A DNA stretch of 64,000 bases from Eledone cirrhosa. Lineage: Eukaryota. The stretch lies in contig OZ024741.1 of assembly GCA_964016885.1 (NCBI GenBank), forward strand, positions 380,804,001 through 380,868,000. Direction: 5' to 3'. The notes under the pieces are model-generated. The model had not been told where the DNA came from, ran no database searches, and saw only the letters and a list, made by a program, of their open reading frames with translations. A program made the position numbers and the translations under genes. Positions 49,401 through 61,943 of this stretch are shown here, in pieces (position 1 is the stretch's first letter; each line of letters opens with the position of its first letter).

Positions 49401-50062
49401 TTTTCTTCGAGATTACATATAAATGTTCAAATTTGCATATCCTTTACATGCAAAACAGCTCAACATTTTTTGTTTTAACTCAATATAAAAAAAAAAAGAT
49501 TCTCATAAAATTGCTCATATAACATTGCAATTATGCAATAAAGTAAGGCAGTGAATTGGCAAAATGTTTAGACCATCAGGTTAAAATGCTTCATGGTGTT
49601 TGTTTGTCTTCTGTGCTCTAATTCCAAATCCCACCGAGGTCAATCTTAGCTTTCATCCATGTAAAATCGATAAATAAAGCACCTCTCCAGATTGATGGAT
49701 TAACAGATGTGTTAAATCATTGGATGTGTTGTGGCATGGTATCTCTTCCAGCTCTTTGCATTCTGTGTTTGCCTGTGATGTCACTGATGCCAAGCTGTAT
49801 CAGCCTTTGCTTTTTCCATGGACAGCATCTGTGGTCTGCATAGAGTAGATTAACATGGAAAGATAACTATTGGCTTTCTACAAAGAATCTTCCCCAGGGG
49901 AGCTTTCAGAAATAAGAATATTGTGATACAAATGCACTGTAAATTATGTCTCCTTTTGAGAACATGAGTCCAGTTCATAGCAATTTTTGCATCCTTGAGC
50001 AAGATGCATTATATCACTCACTTCAATCTGCTTTGCAGGTAACATATTCTATACCTACTTAA

Positions 50063-50284
50063 CCCTTTTGATATCAAATCCCCTTAAAATGACTGATTTT
50101 ATAATATAAAGCTGTTTGTTTTAAAGTGTTCAAGACATTCCATTATAATTTCATTTAAGAACCTGTGCTAAGTTATGTTTCAAACACTATATTAATAAGG
50201 GAAGATAGTTATATTACTAAATTACTCCAAATTCTTTATCATTTTCAAAATGATTTGAAAATTAGAACTAAGTTAATGAAAGGG
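50063..50284. mobile_element. piggyBac-type MITE
   Basis: TTAA|CCCTTTTGAT ... AATGAAAGGG|TTAA. Confidence 0.6.
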
Positions 50285-50735
50285 TTAAGTAGATAGTATT
50301 GAGAATACCATCCTAATGAAATAATTGTTTCTACTTTAGGCACAAGGACAGCAATTACCCAGTGCATTACTGGTACTTTTATTTTATTGACCCCGTAAGG
50401 ATGAAAGGCAAAGTCAACCTCGGCGGGATTGACTTTGCCGCCGAGGTTGACTTTGCCTTTCATCCTTACGGGGTCAATAAAATAAAAGTACCAGTAATGC
50501 ACTGGGTAATTGCTGTCCTTGTGCCTAAAGTAGAAACAATTATTTCATTAGGATGGTATTCTCAATACTATCTACTTAACCCTTTCATTAACTTAGTTCT
50601 AATTTTCAAATCATTTTGAAAATGATAAAGAATTTGGAGTAATTTAGTAATATAACTATCTTCCCTTATTAATATAGTGTTTGAAACATAACTTAGCACA
50701 GGTTCTTAAATGAAATTATAATGGAATGTCTTGAA
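50129..50735. repeat. apparently perfect palindrome, 298-bp arms, 11-nt spacer, built on a 5'-truncated SINE insertion
   Basis: Arms 50129-50426 and 50438-50735. The mirrored ORFs 50245-50502(-) and 50362-50619(+) are identical except at the centre. TSD aatgaaataat at 50315-50325 and 50734-50744. Confidence 0.95.
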
Positions 50736-50969
50736 TGAAATAATGGTTTCTAACATACACATAAAGCCTGACATGTTTTGTAGGATGAGAGTATAGTTTA
50801 TTATATTGACCCAGTACTTGACTGGTTCTTATTTTACCAACCTCAGAAAGAAACAAATGCAGAGTTTACTCAAACAGGATTTGAATACATCAAGGTATGC
50901 AACTAAATAACACAAAATATATTTGGTCAATGCTCTAACAATTCTGTAACCCCACCACTTTGATCCAAA

Positions 50970-51178
50970 TAATTGTTTCTACTTTAGGCACAGGGTCAGC
51001 AATTTGAAGGGGAGGGGAAACTCGATTAAATCGACCGCAGTGCTTTATTTATCGACCTTGTAAGGATGAAAGGCAAAACTAACTTCAGCGGGATTCAAAC
51101 TCAGAATGTAAAGGAAAGTAACTATATGCTGCAAAGCATGGTGTTTGTTGCTCTACTGATACTGTAAATCCACCACCC
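50970..51178 (-). mobile_element. full-length SINE, intermediate-age subfamily
   Basis: A/B boxes and core on the minus strand; retains the gtcgatttaatcgagtttcccc segment. Confidence 0.8.
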
Positions 51179-51682
51179 TACCTTTATCTAAATAATAATA
51201 ACTGCTCCAACAGGCTAATATTAAATTTTGTGAGATCCATCACATTTATGTTAACATGAGAGACATAATTATATAGGTAAAATAGTTGTTTAGCCCCAAG
51301 TGACCCATGATCAAGCAGAAATCTGATCAATAACCTTCAACTCATGGACATCTTTCTCATTTTTACATTGTGCAATACGTTATCCCATGTATCCATCTTT
51401 ATTTAAGATAATACAGTGTGATTCAAAGAAGATATTGTGAGCTATTTCTATGTTATCTACTCAATATAAAATAATAAGAAATTCAAAAGGGCAATAAAAT
51501 TTGATAAAGCACTCATAAATTTATATATCTTTTATTTGTATAAAATTCAATCTTTAATTTATGACATAATTAAATGCTCGTTTAAAGAGCTTAAAATTGA
51601 AGTTAATGGATTTCTTAATTAATTGAATCCTGTAGATTTTTAACTTTGTTTTATTTGATAAATTACTGATATCATCAATATC

Positions 51683-54380
51683 CTCATCATCATCATCATC
51701 ATTTTGCATCTGCTTTTCCAAGCTTGCATGGGTTTGAGAGGTTATTTTCAGCAGAGCATCTTGAAATGGCAAAGGATCTTGTTGAGATCCTTTGTCATTT
51801 CTACCATGACCTTCAGCCATTTCAGATCAGCTCCTATGATTTCTGCTGAGGACTTCCTCAGTTTTCCTCAACTGTAGCCAACTGGGATTTCTTGGCACTT
51901 CTTCACTCAGTGATCATCGTCCATACCTGCACAATTTTCCCTCCTGCACACAACATCTGATTCTTCTTATACAGAGTTTTTCTCTCAATTCATCCATGCT
52001 TTGTTCTTCACACATATTAACATTTCACATCTATTGAAGCATACTCTCTTCAGCTTTCTCATATGATCAGCAATTACTGCCCAGGTTTCACTACCATGCA
52101 GCATTTCAGATTGCACACAGACATCATAGTGCTGACCTTATGTTCGTAAGGAGTAACATTTTGTTGTCAACAGAATTAGTAGCTATATAATCTTTCTTCT
52201 TCTGCTAATTTGAGCATCTAGGTAGCAGAAGCTATCAACAAATTATATGGATGCTGCCTGGGTTTGGAAAAAGTGTATATCACTTAATATCAATTTTCCC
52301 TGAACATCTATTACATACAAATAATTCCTTCCTGTTAGTCTGCCTGTTTTTCCACTACACTTCTTTTGTACCCAAAATCTGCATTGTGTACATAGTACAG
52401 AGTTTCTACCTACTCCTTTTCTCCATGTCATGCAAGGCCATTTCCCCTATTAGGGCCTTGTCTTCTTTCCTACTTATTAAAACTGGTTTTTGAGGTTTTC
52501 GCACAGCCCTTTTGATTCTAAGTTCTGTTTCTACAGTCTGAATTTGTTCCCTAGTTCTTCTGTTGATTCAGCTATAAGAACCAAATCATCAGCTTCAGAA
52601 ATTCCCATAGACAAACTGTTGTGAACTGTTATGGCCTGAAGGAGTATAATAAACAGAAATGGATGAGAACCAAGCCCTCAGGCACTCCCTCCTGAACTTT
52701 GAATTCCTTGCTAAACTCCCTTCCTACCCTTTACTGACAGCTCTCACAAACTATTCTTCTACACCTAGTTTCCTAAGAGACCACTAATTGACAGATTGAG
52801 GAATTATTTCAAAGATCTCCACTAGATCAACAAAATCTAGATATAGGGGCTTGCTCATAGCTAAGAGCAACTCTTATAGTTTTCTCTCTAAAAAAGTGGC
52901 ATCTGTACTCTTAGGCACAAAACCGAAGTGCATTTCTATCTAGTTTGACTCTTTCCCTAACTAGTTGCACTAACACTTTTCTGTCACTTTCATAATTTCT
53001 TCTATTATTTTATGCTCCTAAGGTGGTGGATTGGCAGTAGCGGTAGAGGGCCGGACGCCATGCTTTCAAGCATAGTTACGTCCCTTTACGATCTGAGTTC
53101 AAATCCCGCCGAGGTTGACTTTGCCTTTCATCCTTACAGGGTCGATAAAATAAAGTACCAGTAATGCATTGGGTAATTGCTGGCCTTGTGCCTAAAGTAG
53201 AAACAATTATTTCTATGCCCCTATAGTTGCTTTTTTCTGGCACATCGCCTTTTCCCTTGCAGCAATTATATAGTGATGTGCCATTCATTAAGTAAGACCC
53301 TGTTCTATATTATTTGATTGAGTATGTGGTTGGCTTGTTCAGTTCCTATTTACCCAGATGATTTCAGCATCTCAGTGATTATCTCAGATGGTTCAACAAT
53401 GTTACCATTCTTCATCTCCTTTATCTCTGTCTCAATAGCTGCTCCCTCTGCTGGGTCACTTGGAGGTAGTCTCCCTCCTCACACTCATTCCTGACATTCA
53501 TTAACTTTTCATTGTAGCATTTTCAGTCCTGTTTCTTTTGAGCACCAGTGTTAAATGCACTGGCATTATTTCAAACACACACCATCCTGATTCACACATA
53601 CACTGCCTTGCAATGTAAGTACCTCAAATCTTCTATCTTTATTGGCTAACTGTTTTCTTTCAGCCTCCTTGCATGCTAAATACTGTATAATTGTTGGCTA
53701 GCTTCCCTTTTAGCTACTTGGTACTGGCCTTTGCTAACCACATTTTGTCAGTCTTTCCACCATATCTGTCTCTTGACCTTAATGACTTTATCCACACTAC
53801 TGCTCCACTACTAGGTTCCCCTTTTGTCTGGCTGGTGATTTGCTCTAGCCACAATTCTCATCAGTAGTTTGTAGTAGGTTGTCACATAAGAACTTCCAGT
53901 TGTTCTCTGTTATATGTATCTAACTCATTTCCATTCTCATCATATGCATCCTGTGGAGCCTGTGTGATCCTATACTTAACTGAAAGCTTCTTTAGCTTCC
54001 ATACATACCTCCTTCATTTTTTCCACATTTCTTGTTTTATCTTATTTGATGTCACTAGTAACTAACCTATGTTGAGCAGTGCATTCTTCCCCAAGGAAAG
54101 ACTTAACTTTCATAAACATCTATCTATCCTTTTCTAACAAGTAAGAAGTGAATCTGGCTCATATGTTCACCAGATTGGTAGGTGTTTTAATGGCTGGTTA
54201 TTTTCCTGAAATTAGTGATGTAAACGGTTCGTTCGTATGCATCACGGAATTCCAGAATCATCATTTCCTTTTCATTTCTTGAGCCATAACCATAAACACC
54301 ACATACTCTGGAACAGACATCCTGCTGCTGTACAACATGCATATTGAAGTTGCCATTAAGTATAGTGAGATCACATTAAC
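51683..54380 (-). mobile_element. old 2.7-kb RTE LINE (APE-RT-PHD-thumb, heavily decayed)
   Basis: (gat)n tail at 51683-51701; MLHGSETW (~52080-52105); RKGVGRNSVLCTQCRFWVQKKCSG; ADDL (~52590); GNFN (~54350). Confidence 0.8.
53022..53211 (+). mobile_element. full-length young SINE nested in the old RTE
   Basis: Near-identical to 12720-12907; degenerate TSD attattt(c)tatgc(t/c)ccta on both sides. Confidence 0.9.
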
Positions 54381-54746
54381 TAATGATGATTCCTTGTAGC
54401 TAGTTTGATTAATAAATTATTGATGTATATATGATGATGGGCTATTGAGTTATCCTGCTATACACCATAGATTTATTCCATTTATTGAACATAAGCAACA
54501 TATGTATAGCATCTGATAATGAATCAGTGAAAGGCAATTGACATAATGTATCTTGCTCAAGGACACAACACAATGTCATGAACTGGACAATTGATTGGGA
54601 AAGTAAACATAATCCACTCTGCTTTTGTTTTCAATATTCATTGTTTCATATTCTTGTTTGTAATATATAATTATGATGTCATATTAACAATTGTGTGAGA
54701 CTAAATGCTTTTTTTATATTAATTTAAAAATATTTTAAGCCACTTA

Positions 54747-56013
54747 CAAGGGTAGGCTGAAAATGCATAGGCTGACTATGAATGAGTGATGATAAAGCTG
54801 TGAATTCTCGCATGCATTAATTTCAACTCTTCCTATTAATAACAGCATTTGTTTTTAGGTAAACTTATATCAGTCTGTTCAAAGAATACTTCAAATATAA
54901 CTAGCAGTGATTTCTCTTGAAAATGGACAAACTTTGGCAGCATAGTGTTATCAAATACCTGCAGAAAAAGTGCTTAGCTCTTATAGAAATTCATACTGAC
55001 ATCGTTGCTACATTAGGAGATAACACTCCAGGTTAATCAACAGTAGAAAAGTGGGCAACTGAATTTAGGAGGGGAAAGATGAGTCTTGAAGAAGACCCAA
55101 GGTCTGGAAGTCATACATATGCTAACACTGAGGAAAACATTGATCGTGTTCAATACATGGGGATGGATGACAGGTGATTGACTATAAATCAAAGAGACAA
55201 TGCTATTAGTATATCCCATGAGCAATTTGAGAATATTCAGCAGGACAAATTTGGCAGGACAAATTTGGCAGGACAAACGTTCTGCTAGGTGGTTAATACA
55301 GCTTCTGACACCAGATGAAAGGCACACCAGGCTGACTACATCATGGGGAAAATCTGACATTGTTTGTGGCAGATCCAGTTGGTTTCCCTGAACGTTTTCT
55401 AACCCAGAATGAGTGTTGGCTTTATCATTTTGAGCTAGAGATAAAGAAACAATTCATATAGTGGAAACACACCACATCACCTGCTCCAAAGAAGGTCAAA
55501 GTCGTTTCATCTGCTGGGAAGGTGATGTCTTCAGTTTGATGGGATGCAAAAAGCATTGTGTTTATTGACTATCTTCAAAAGGGATACACCATCAATGGAG
55601 ATTACTTAAGGTTATGAAAGACTATCAAATCTCAACATCCAGAAAAAGTGGCAAAAGTGACTTGTTTTATCAAAACAATGCTGCTCCAGCACACAAGTCC
55701 TTGTTTTAATTACTGCTGTGCATGACTGATTGATCACCAAACCTATTCTCCTAATTTGTTGCCATCTGATTATCATCTGTTCTCCAAAATGAAAAATTAC
55801 TTGGCTGGGAACTAGTATCACAATGATGATGACATCATATCTGCTGTTGATGACTTATTTGACCAACAATATGAAAACCTTTTCCAAGCACTGCAACACC
55901 AATGCAAGACGTTCATGGACCTGCAAAGCAGACTATGTTGAAACATTAAGCTCATTTGTTCACATTCTATGAGAGAATCTTGGACAGCCTATGAATGTTT
56001 CAGCTGACCCTTA
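54747..56013 (+). mobile_element. full-length decayed mariner (DD34D) transposon
   Basis: TA at 54745-54746 and 56014-56015; TIRs caagggtaggctgaaaatgcataggctg / cagcctatgaatgtttcagctgaccctta. Confidence 0.9.
54923..55949 (+). pseudogene. mariner transposase pseudogene
   Basis: MDKLWQHSVIKYL...; SARWLIQLLT (WVPR-like); FLTQNECWLYH; FYQNNA; PYSPNLLPSDYHLF; DYVE. Many stops and frameshifts. Confidence 0.88.
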
Positions 56014-59000
56014 TAGTTGTTTTTGTGTGAGAAATATTTGTGAATTTTGGATATTCATAAGTAATTAAGGAGTTATGACCTCAACGAACATTTACAAAAA
56101 TTATTTTACCTCAGACTAATAATCATTTTTTACTAAATAAGTAAAGTTTATGGATGATACTATTTCCCTCTAAGACATATTTTGATATTCCATAGCCACA
56201 GATACTTCATGCAAACTTATGGCATGTAAATTGCCATCCATACAGCTAGGTATAATCCACTGTTTTATATATACTGACACCCGTACACTATCTAGTTGAG
56301 AACCATATTCTATATTGTGACATGCAGTAGTTAATCATTTGAGGTTCAGTATTAATGTATTTGCTGTTTGTAATTCAATTTGCCTCCTTTGAATTTAAGA
56401 ATTTATCCATGTGTGTATATGTGCTTTTGCAACAAAAAACCTCATCCAATACTCCAAGTGGCTGACTTTAGAGAGAGCATCCAGCCATAGAAACTATACC
56501 ACAAACATGTTGAGAGAATTCTTTATTTGTGCCAATACATGAAAACCTCCTTAGTTTTGGTGCTACATTAAAATGTACCTAGTCCACACTGTAAAATTGT
56601 TTGTGTTATGAAGGGCATCAGGCTGTAGAAATCATGCCAGAATAGAGTTGAGGGGACATGACTACCTCCTTAATACTGGTGCTATGACAAAATGCACATT
56701 ACCATCTGTGAATTGCATGGAATAGAATGGCATCCAGCCATAGAAACCATGCTCAAATTGTAATGTTTATAAGAAAGACATCCTTCTTTTCCTAAATGGG
56801 ACCCCATTAGATCTGTCTGAGTACTGACTTGGTCTTTATTGATTCAACAAACCAAAACCAGTATGGAAAAACAAGCATAAAATGATTATATATAAGAAAA
56901 TGGCACTTCTTATCATTTTTTATGTTCCCTTCTCCATATTAGGCATCGGTTAGACAAGCTTGAACATGTAAAGAAACCTGCTCTACCAAATTCCATCAAC
57001 CAAATTGACTTAAATGAATTTGACAGCTTGAAAGTATAGCAAAAGGCACTTGCTCAAGGTAGTACATAGTGGGATAGAACCTGAAACCACATTGCTATAA
57101 AGTGAACTTTTTAACCATACAGCTATGAGAACTAGATAAATTTATCTAACAAATTAATGTAATATCAGACAATTCTAATTTCATGTAATACCCACTTAAC
57201 ATATAATTTTTGAGATATTTGCCCCTTCTACCATAGAAATTCGAAGATATTACACAGTAGCATTTATCCAGCTGCTGAATTTTCTGAGTAGGCTTGAGAC
57301 CTTGTAGGTCATAAATGTCATTAAGCTACTAATAGATTCAAAAAGAAAGAAAGAAAGAAAGTCTTCAATAGTTCTATTATTATTATCCTTTTTAATCATA
57401 TTGTCAACAAGCCTTTTCAATAAAGACACTGCAATTTATACAATTCTTCCTAAACTGCCACAAATAAAGATTCTTGGATATTAAACACTTCTTGAATTAA
57501 ACTTCAACAGTGATCTTCCATCAATTTTCAGTAGAGTTGATGTCTAGAGATTCTTCAGGTCAAAATGGCATCTTAATTTCAGAGTGTTAGAGAAATGTTT
57601 TGACTAATCTGGCAATAGAAGTAAGAGTATTATCTTATTGGTGTATCGCTACACTGGGTTACCGAAACTGAGAAGCAATGTTTCTAAAATATTTACCTTA
57701 TAATATTATTAACTATTATAGGCTAGTGGATTTGTAGAATTGGTAGAGCATTTGATTCTTTACATTTTGAGTTCAAATACTGCTAAGGTCAACTTGCCTT
57801 TCATCATCCTAACTCTGCCCAGCCATTGTTGCCATTGTGCCTAAATTGGAAATCAATATTGTTTACTATTATCTTAGCTTCTATTTTATTTTTTATCTTT
57901 TCACTTTCAATTTACTTTTCCTTTAGTATCCATTGTTCTCTGACATTGAATATTTTCCTGGTTGAATTGAATCCTCTGGGAACCATTTCAGCAACATGAC
58001 CCTAAGAACTGCAATAAAGGCAAACCATCTAGATGATTCGGAACTGGAAAGTCCAGAGCACTTAAATAAAATAGAATAGTTATGGCTTGAATATCTCAAT
58101 CGAATCTATATGATCCAATGTGATCTTCTTTACAAGGAAGGATCTGGAGGAGATTCAGTTGATGATTATAGCAGACTCATTCATTGGCTCAAAATGTTCT
58201 AGCTATGGTTGTTCTATTTTTGTTGTTGTTGCTCTGCCCCAATTGAGCTCTGATTAAAGTGACCTATAATGACATGATGCAATTAATGACCATTTAAGCA
58301 AACACTCAAACACATATGTATACACCCACACAAACAATACATAATACTCCAACACACACATGTATACACATGCACATTTAAAGAATCACACACACAAACA
58401 CATACAAACTACTTTAAAAGTTCACAGATAAGCACCGACATATGCACACACTCTTTCGTCAACAATACAAAAAACATACAAACACACAGAATCAATGAAG
58501 CACACCAACGAACTTCTCTCCATCCTGTGGCACAACTTAACAAGCTCTCATACATTTGATATCTATTAATTTCTCTGCCTAATTTCTAATGTTTCTAGTT
58601 TAGGATAAGTAGATAAGAACTGACTACAAGGGTTGATTCCAGGAAGAACATCAAGCCATAAAATGCCATCTCAAAAAGGATCCAATGCTGAGTCTGAAAC
58701 CTGTCATGGGGCCAACTGGGTAAATGTCCTTAAAATACTTGTTGCACTGTTCTACTATCTCTCCGTAAATATATTATCAAAAGCATTCTGCTGCATAGTA
58801 AAACCTGAATAAAACACAAGTTAAAATTGTTCCTAAAAGAGACGCTAACAAGTAAATGCTTCTTTTCCAAGAATTGCCTTGTTCTATATTCACTGATTTA
58901 AACAGAAATCAAAAATAAAATCATAGACATGTGACAGAAAAATATAGTAAATGTGGCAGTTTCTTTTCCTCTCTGTTGATCAAAATAAGTTTGATTTATC

Positions 59001-60801
59001 ATGTCATTTCAACATATTTTAATGCAGCTTTTCTCCAAGTAGAAATTTAGTTTAATTCAGAAAAATGGAACACATTTAGTTTGAAGGGAAAAAACCCCAA
59101 AATCCCAAAATAAATTCTTTCTGAGGTAAATAACAATTGACAGACTTATAAAAATGTAAAATCACAAAGGAATGTTCTATATTTCAGTAGAATATATTTG
59201 TTTGAAGATACAAATTTTGCATTTGAAGAAATTTCCAGAAATAATTTGATATCCAGTTATGTGGACATATGTGTTTATGATAATTATGAATGAGGCATAT
59301 AAAATTCAACAATACACACGACATCAGATTTACACACACATTAATGCTATGTTAATGTATTTCTTATATTCTTTTATACTTTGTAGTGGTTTCGTGTCAT
59401 TATACTGCAGACATGCTGGGTTACCACCTAAAACGAATTTAGTCAATCATATCAAGGAGAATACTTATTCTACCAACCTTATTTTGTTTAACTGTTAATT
59501 TAGCGGACAACAAATGGCAAACATAGATACAGTCGCCATCTCACACATATATTTGACTAGGTGAGAAGTGATTGCCAGCTAATGTATACAATTTGTCAAA
59601 TATATACCAGTAGGTGTTTTACAACACTTAAATTATGATATATATATGCTGACCAAATTTTGGACAATCACCATCTCATGCCTCACAGACTGCACATCAC
59701 TCCCCACTTGATGATGATGTGTTAGACTTATGTAACTTTGTTTAATGCCTCTAAAATATACATAATGTTTGGTCATTACTTAAAATATGGAAATGTAGAA
59801 CCACATCTTCATATTTACTAACACACACATATATATGATGGCTGTTAATCTGCTATCAAGTATGACCATCCTTTTCCCCTTCTCCCTTCCCTTTAAAGAT
59901 GCAGGGTCTCACAAACATGATAAAACTAAGAGCCCATCTCTCATCAGCAGCCAAAGTCTTGTGACTGTTCCTGCCTGTATAACACTTTCTGAAAGACAAA
60001 ACTACAGAAGTGATAGTATTTTGTTGTCATATATGTATGTGATATAATGGCTGCTGCAACAAATGTCTGTTGTCTGTATGTAGTTCCAAGAAGTCCATAT
60101 CTTCACTTGCATTCGAAATGCTGGAAGGAAGAAGAAATATAAGAAGGTTGACTACATCTCAGATTTTATGGAAACAAACACTTGTGCAACACTAGATCTA
60201 CTCTCTCAATGTTTGAATCTGTTAAGTTAGAAACAAGCAGACAACCATAAAACAAATGGCTACATATATAGATATTTGCACATGTATGACTGTGTGTTTA
60301 ATACATGTGTATGTGAATGTGAGTCTGTATTTATGCTTTCAATGGTTTATACATGCTAATGTTGTTTGTGTTGTATGACTTTATGATTCATAGCAATTCC
60401 ACAGATAGAGTTCACTAAAATAAGTATCAGATTATAATAAATACTTGATTCTATATAATCGACAAAAATTTGGAAGTCAGTGACCCAGCATGATTATAGT
60501 CCAATTACCGAAACAAGTAAAAGAATGCATTTAATATTCTGTTATAAAATGGTGTTTTACATATGATCAACGTTTTTATTTAAGTTAACAAGGAGTAATT
60601 TGAAATAAATATGGCTGCTATTACTAGCAAGTTGAACAACAATCTAGATTTCTTTGATTGTCTGGAGTTTAGGTAAGTAAATAATTTAATCACTATCCAA
60701 TATATTGAAGCCTTTAATTATCATATTTCCAGTGAAATCAATGCCTATGGCTTTCAAATAATCAAGAATTTAGATTGATTAGATATTTATTTCTAATTTA
60801 A

Positions 60802-61009
60802 CCCTTTAGCATTTAAACTGGCCATATCCGGCCAGAATTCTCTCACCACTTTCTGATCAAACTGATCATAACTGGCTGCTCATACTTATGTTAAGGTATT
60901 GATCTCAAAATAAATAATATCAAAATCTCATAGATTCGATATTATGTGAGGCAAAGCCTTTACCACAAAAATACAATGGTATATATAGAGTAATGTAAAT
61001 GCTAAAGGG
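60802..61009. mobile_element. piggyBac-type MITE
   Basis: TTAA|CCCTTTAGCATTTA ... TAAATGCTAAAGGG|CTAA (14-bp perfect TIR). Confidence 0.7.
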
Positions 61010-61943
61010 CTAAATACAAGGTCAGCAAATCTGGGTGAAGAGCATATTTAATTAAATCAACTCTTGTACTTGGATGGCACTTTGCTTTATTGACCACAGG
61101 CAAGTTTGATCTCAGCAGGTTTGAATGTAATGAACCAAAACAAATACCAAAATAACATTACATCTGATGCTCCACCAATTCTAAAAATCCATCACTCTAG
61201 ATTAATTTAGTAATATAACTAAATTTCTCATTATTAAGCCATTGTTTGCAACATAACTTAACAAACGTTCTCATATAAAATTATTTTGGCAGGTTTTTAG
61301 ATAAATATATAAAGATAATCATTTTCTTTAATTGTAGAACTAAGGGAGATTTCAAGCATTTGAGGATTAAGGTATCTATTAACTTAAGTATTGATCTAAC
61401 AGGTTAAGGTATCTATCAACTTAAGTAGTTCATGGAATAGTTACTTGGGCTAGTTGGGAACATCAATTTTGTATGAGTAACTGGATAAGTTTTCATATTC
61501 AGATCTGTACCCTAATATGCTGAATTTAAATAATATGGGAATCAACTTTGAATTTTGTACTTTCAGGATTAAACAAATAAATTCGATTCAGATACTAAGA
61601 TCAAATTACTCAAAACTAATAGTGACAACTAACCCCCCTCCAAAAAAAAAAATCTTAACAAAATACTATATTATGACTTGTTTAGGAACTTGTCTACAAT
61701 TGTTTTCGTTACAACACTGGGCTGTGACCATATTAGTGGACATTGCTATTATATTGAATCGGAATTTTAACTTTCAGTTTTCTGTAGATGATACAATAAG
61801 CATGAGTAATCTGCTTATTAAGTTTTCATTGCTTTACCTTAGACTTTAATGTAAAGATACTGTTATGACATACAGTGTGAATTGAACATTGATTGATAGA
61901 TAGATGACATGTTGAGATAGATAGATAGATAGATAGATAGATA

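Noticed and set aside
50245-50619. Two near-identical 85-aa antisense ORFs as a gene pair
   Set aside because: They are mirror translations of the palindrome (SINE + flank).
55240-55278. Short tandem duplications (gcaggacaaatttg x2.7; also ~47622-47657 and ~61367-61427)
   Set aside because: Ordinary slippage or repair duplications with no further structure.
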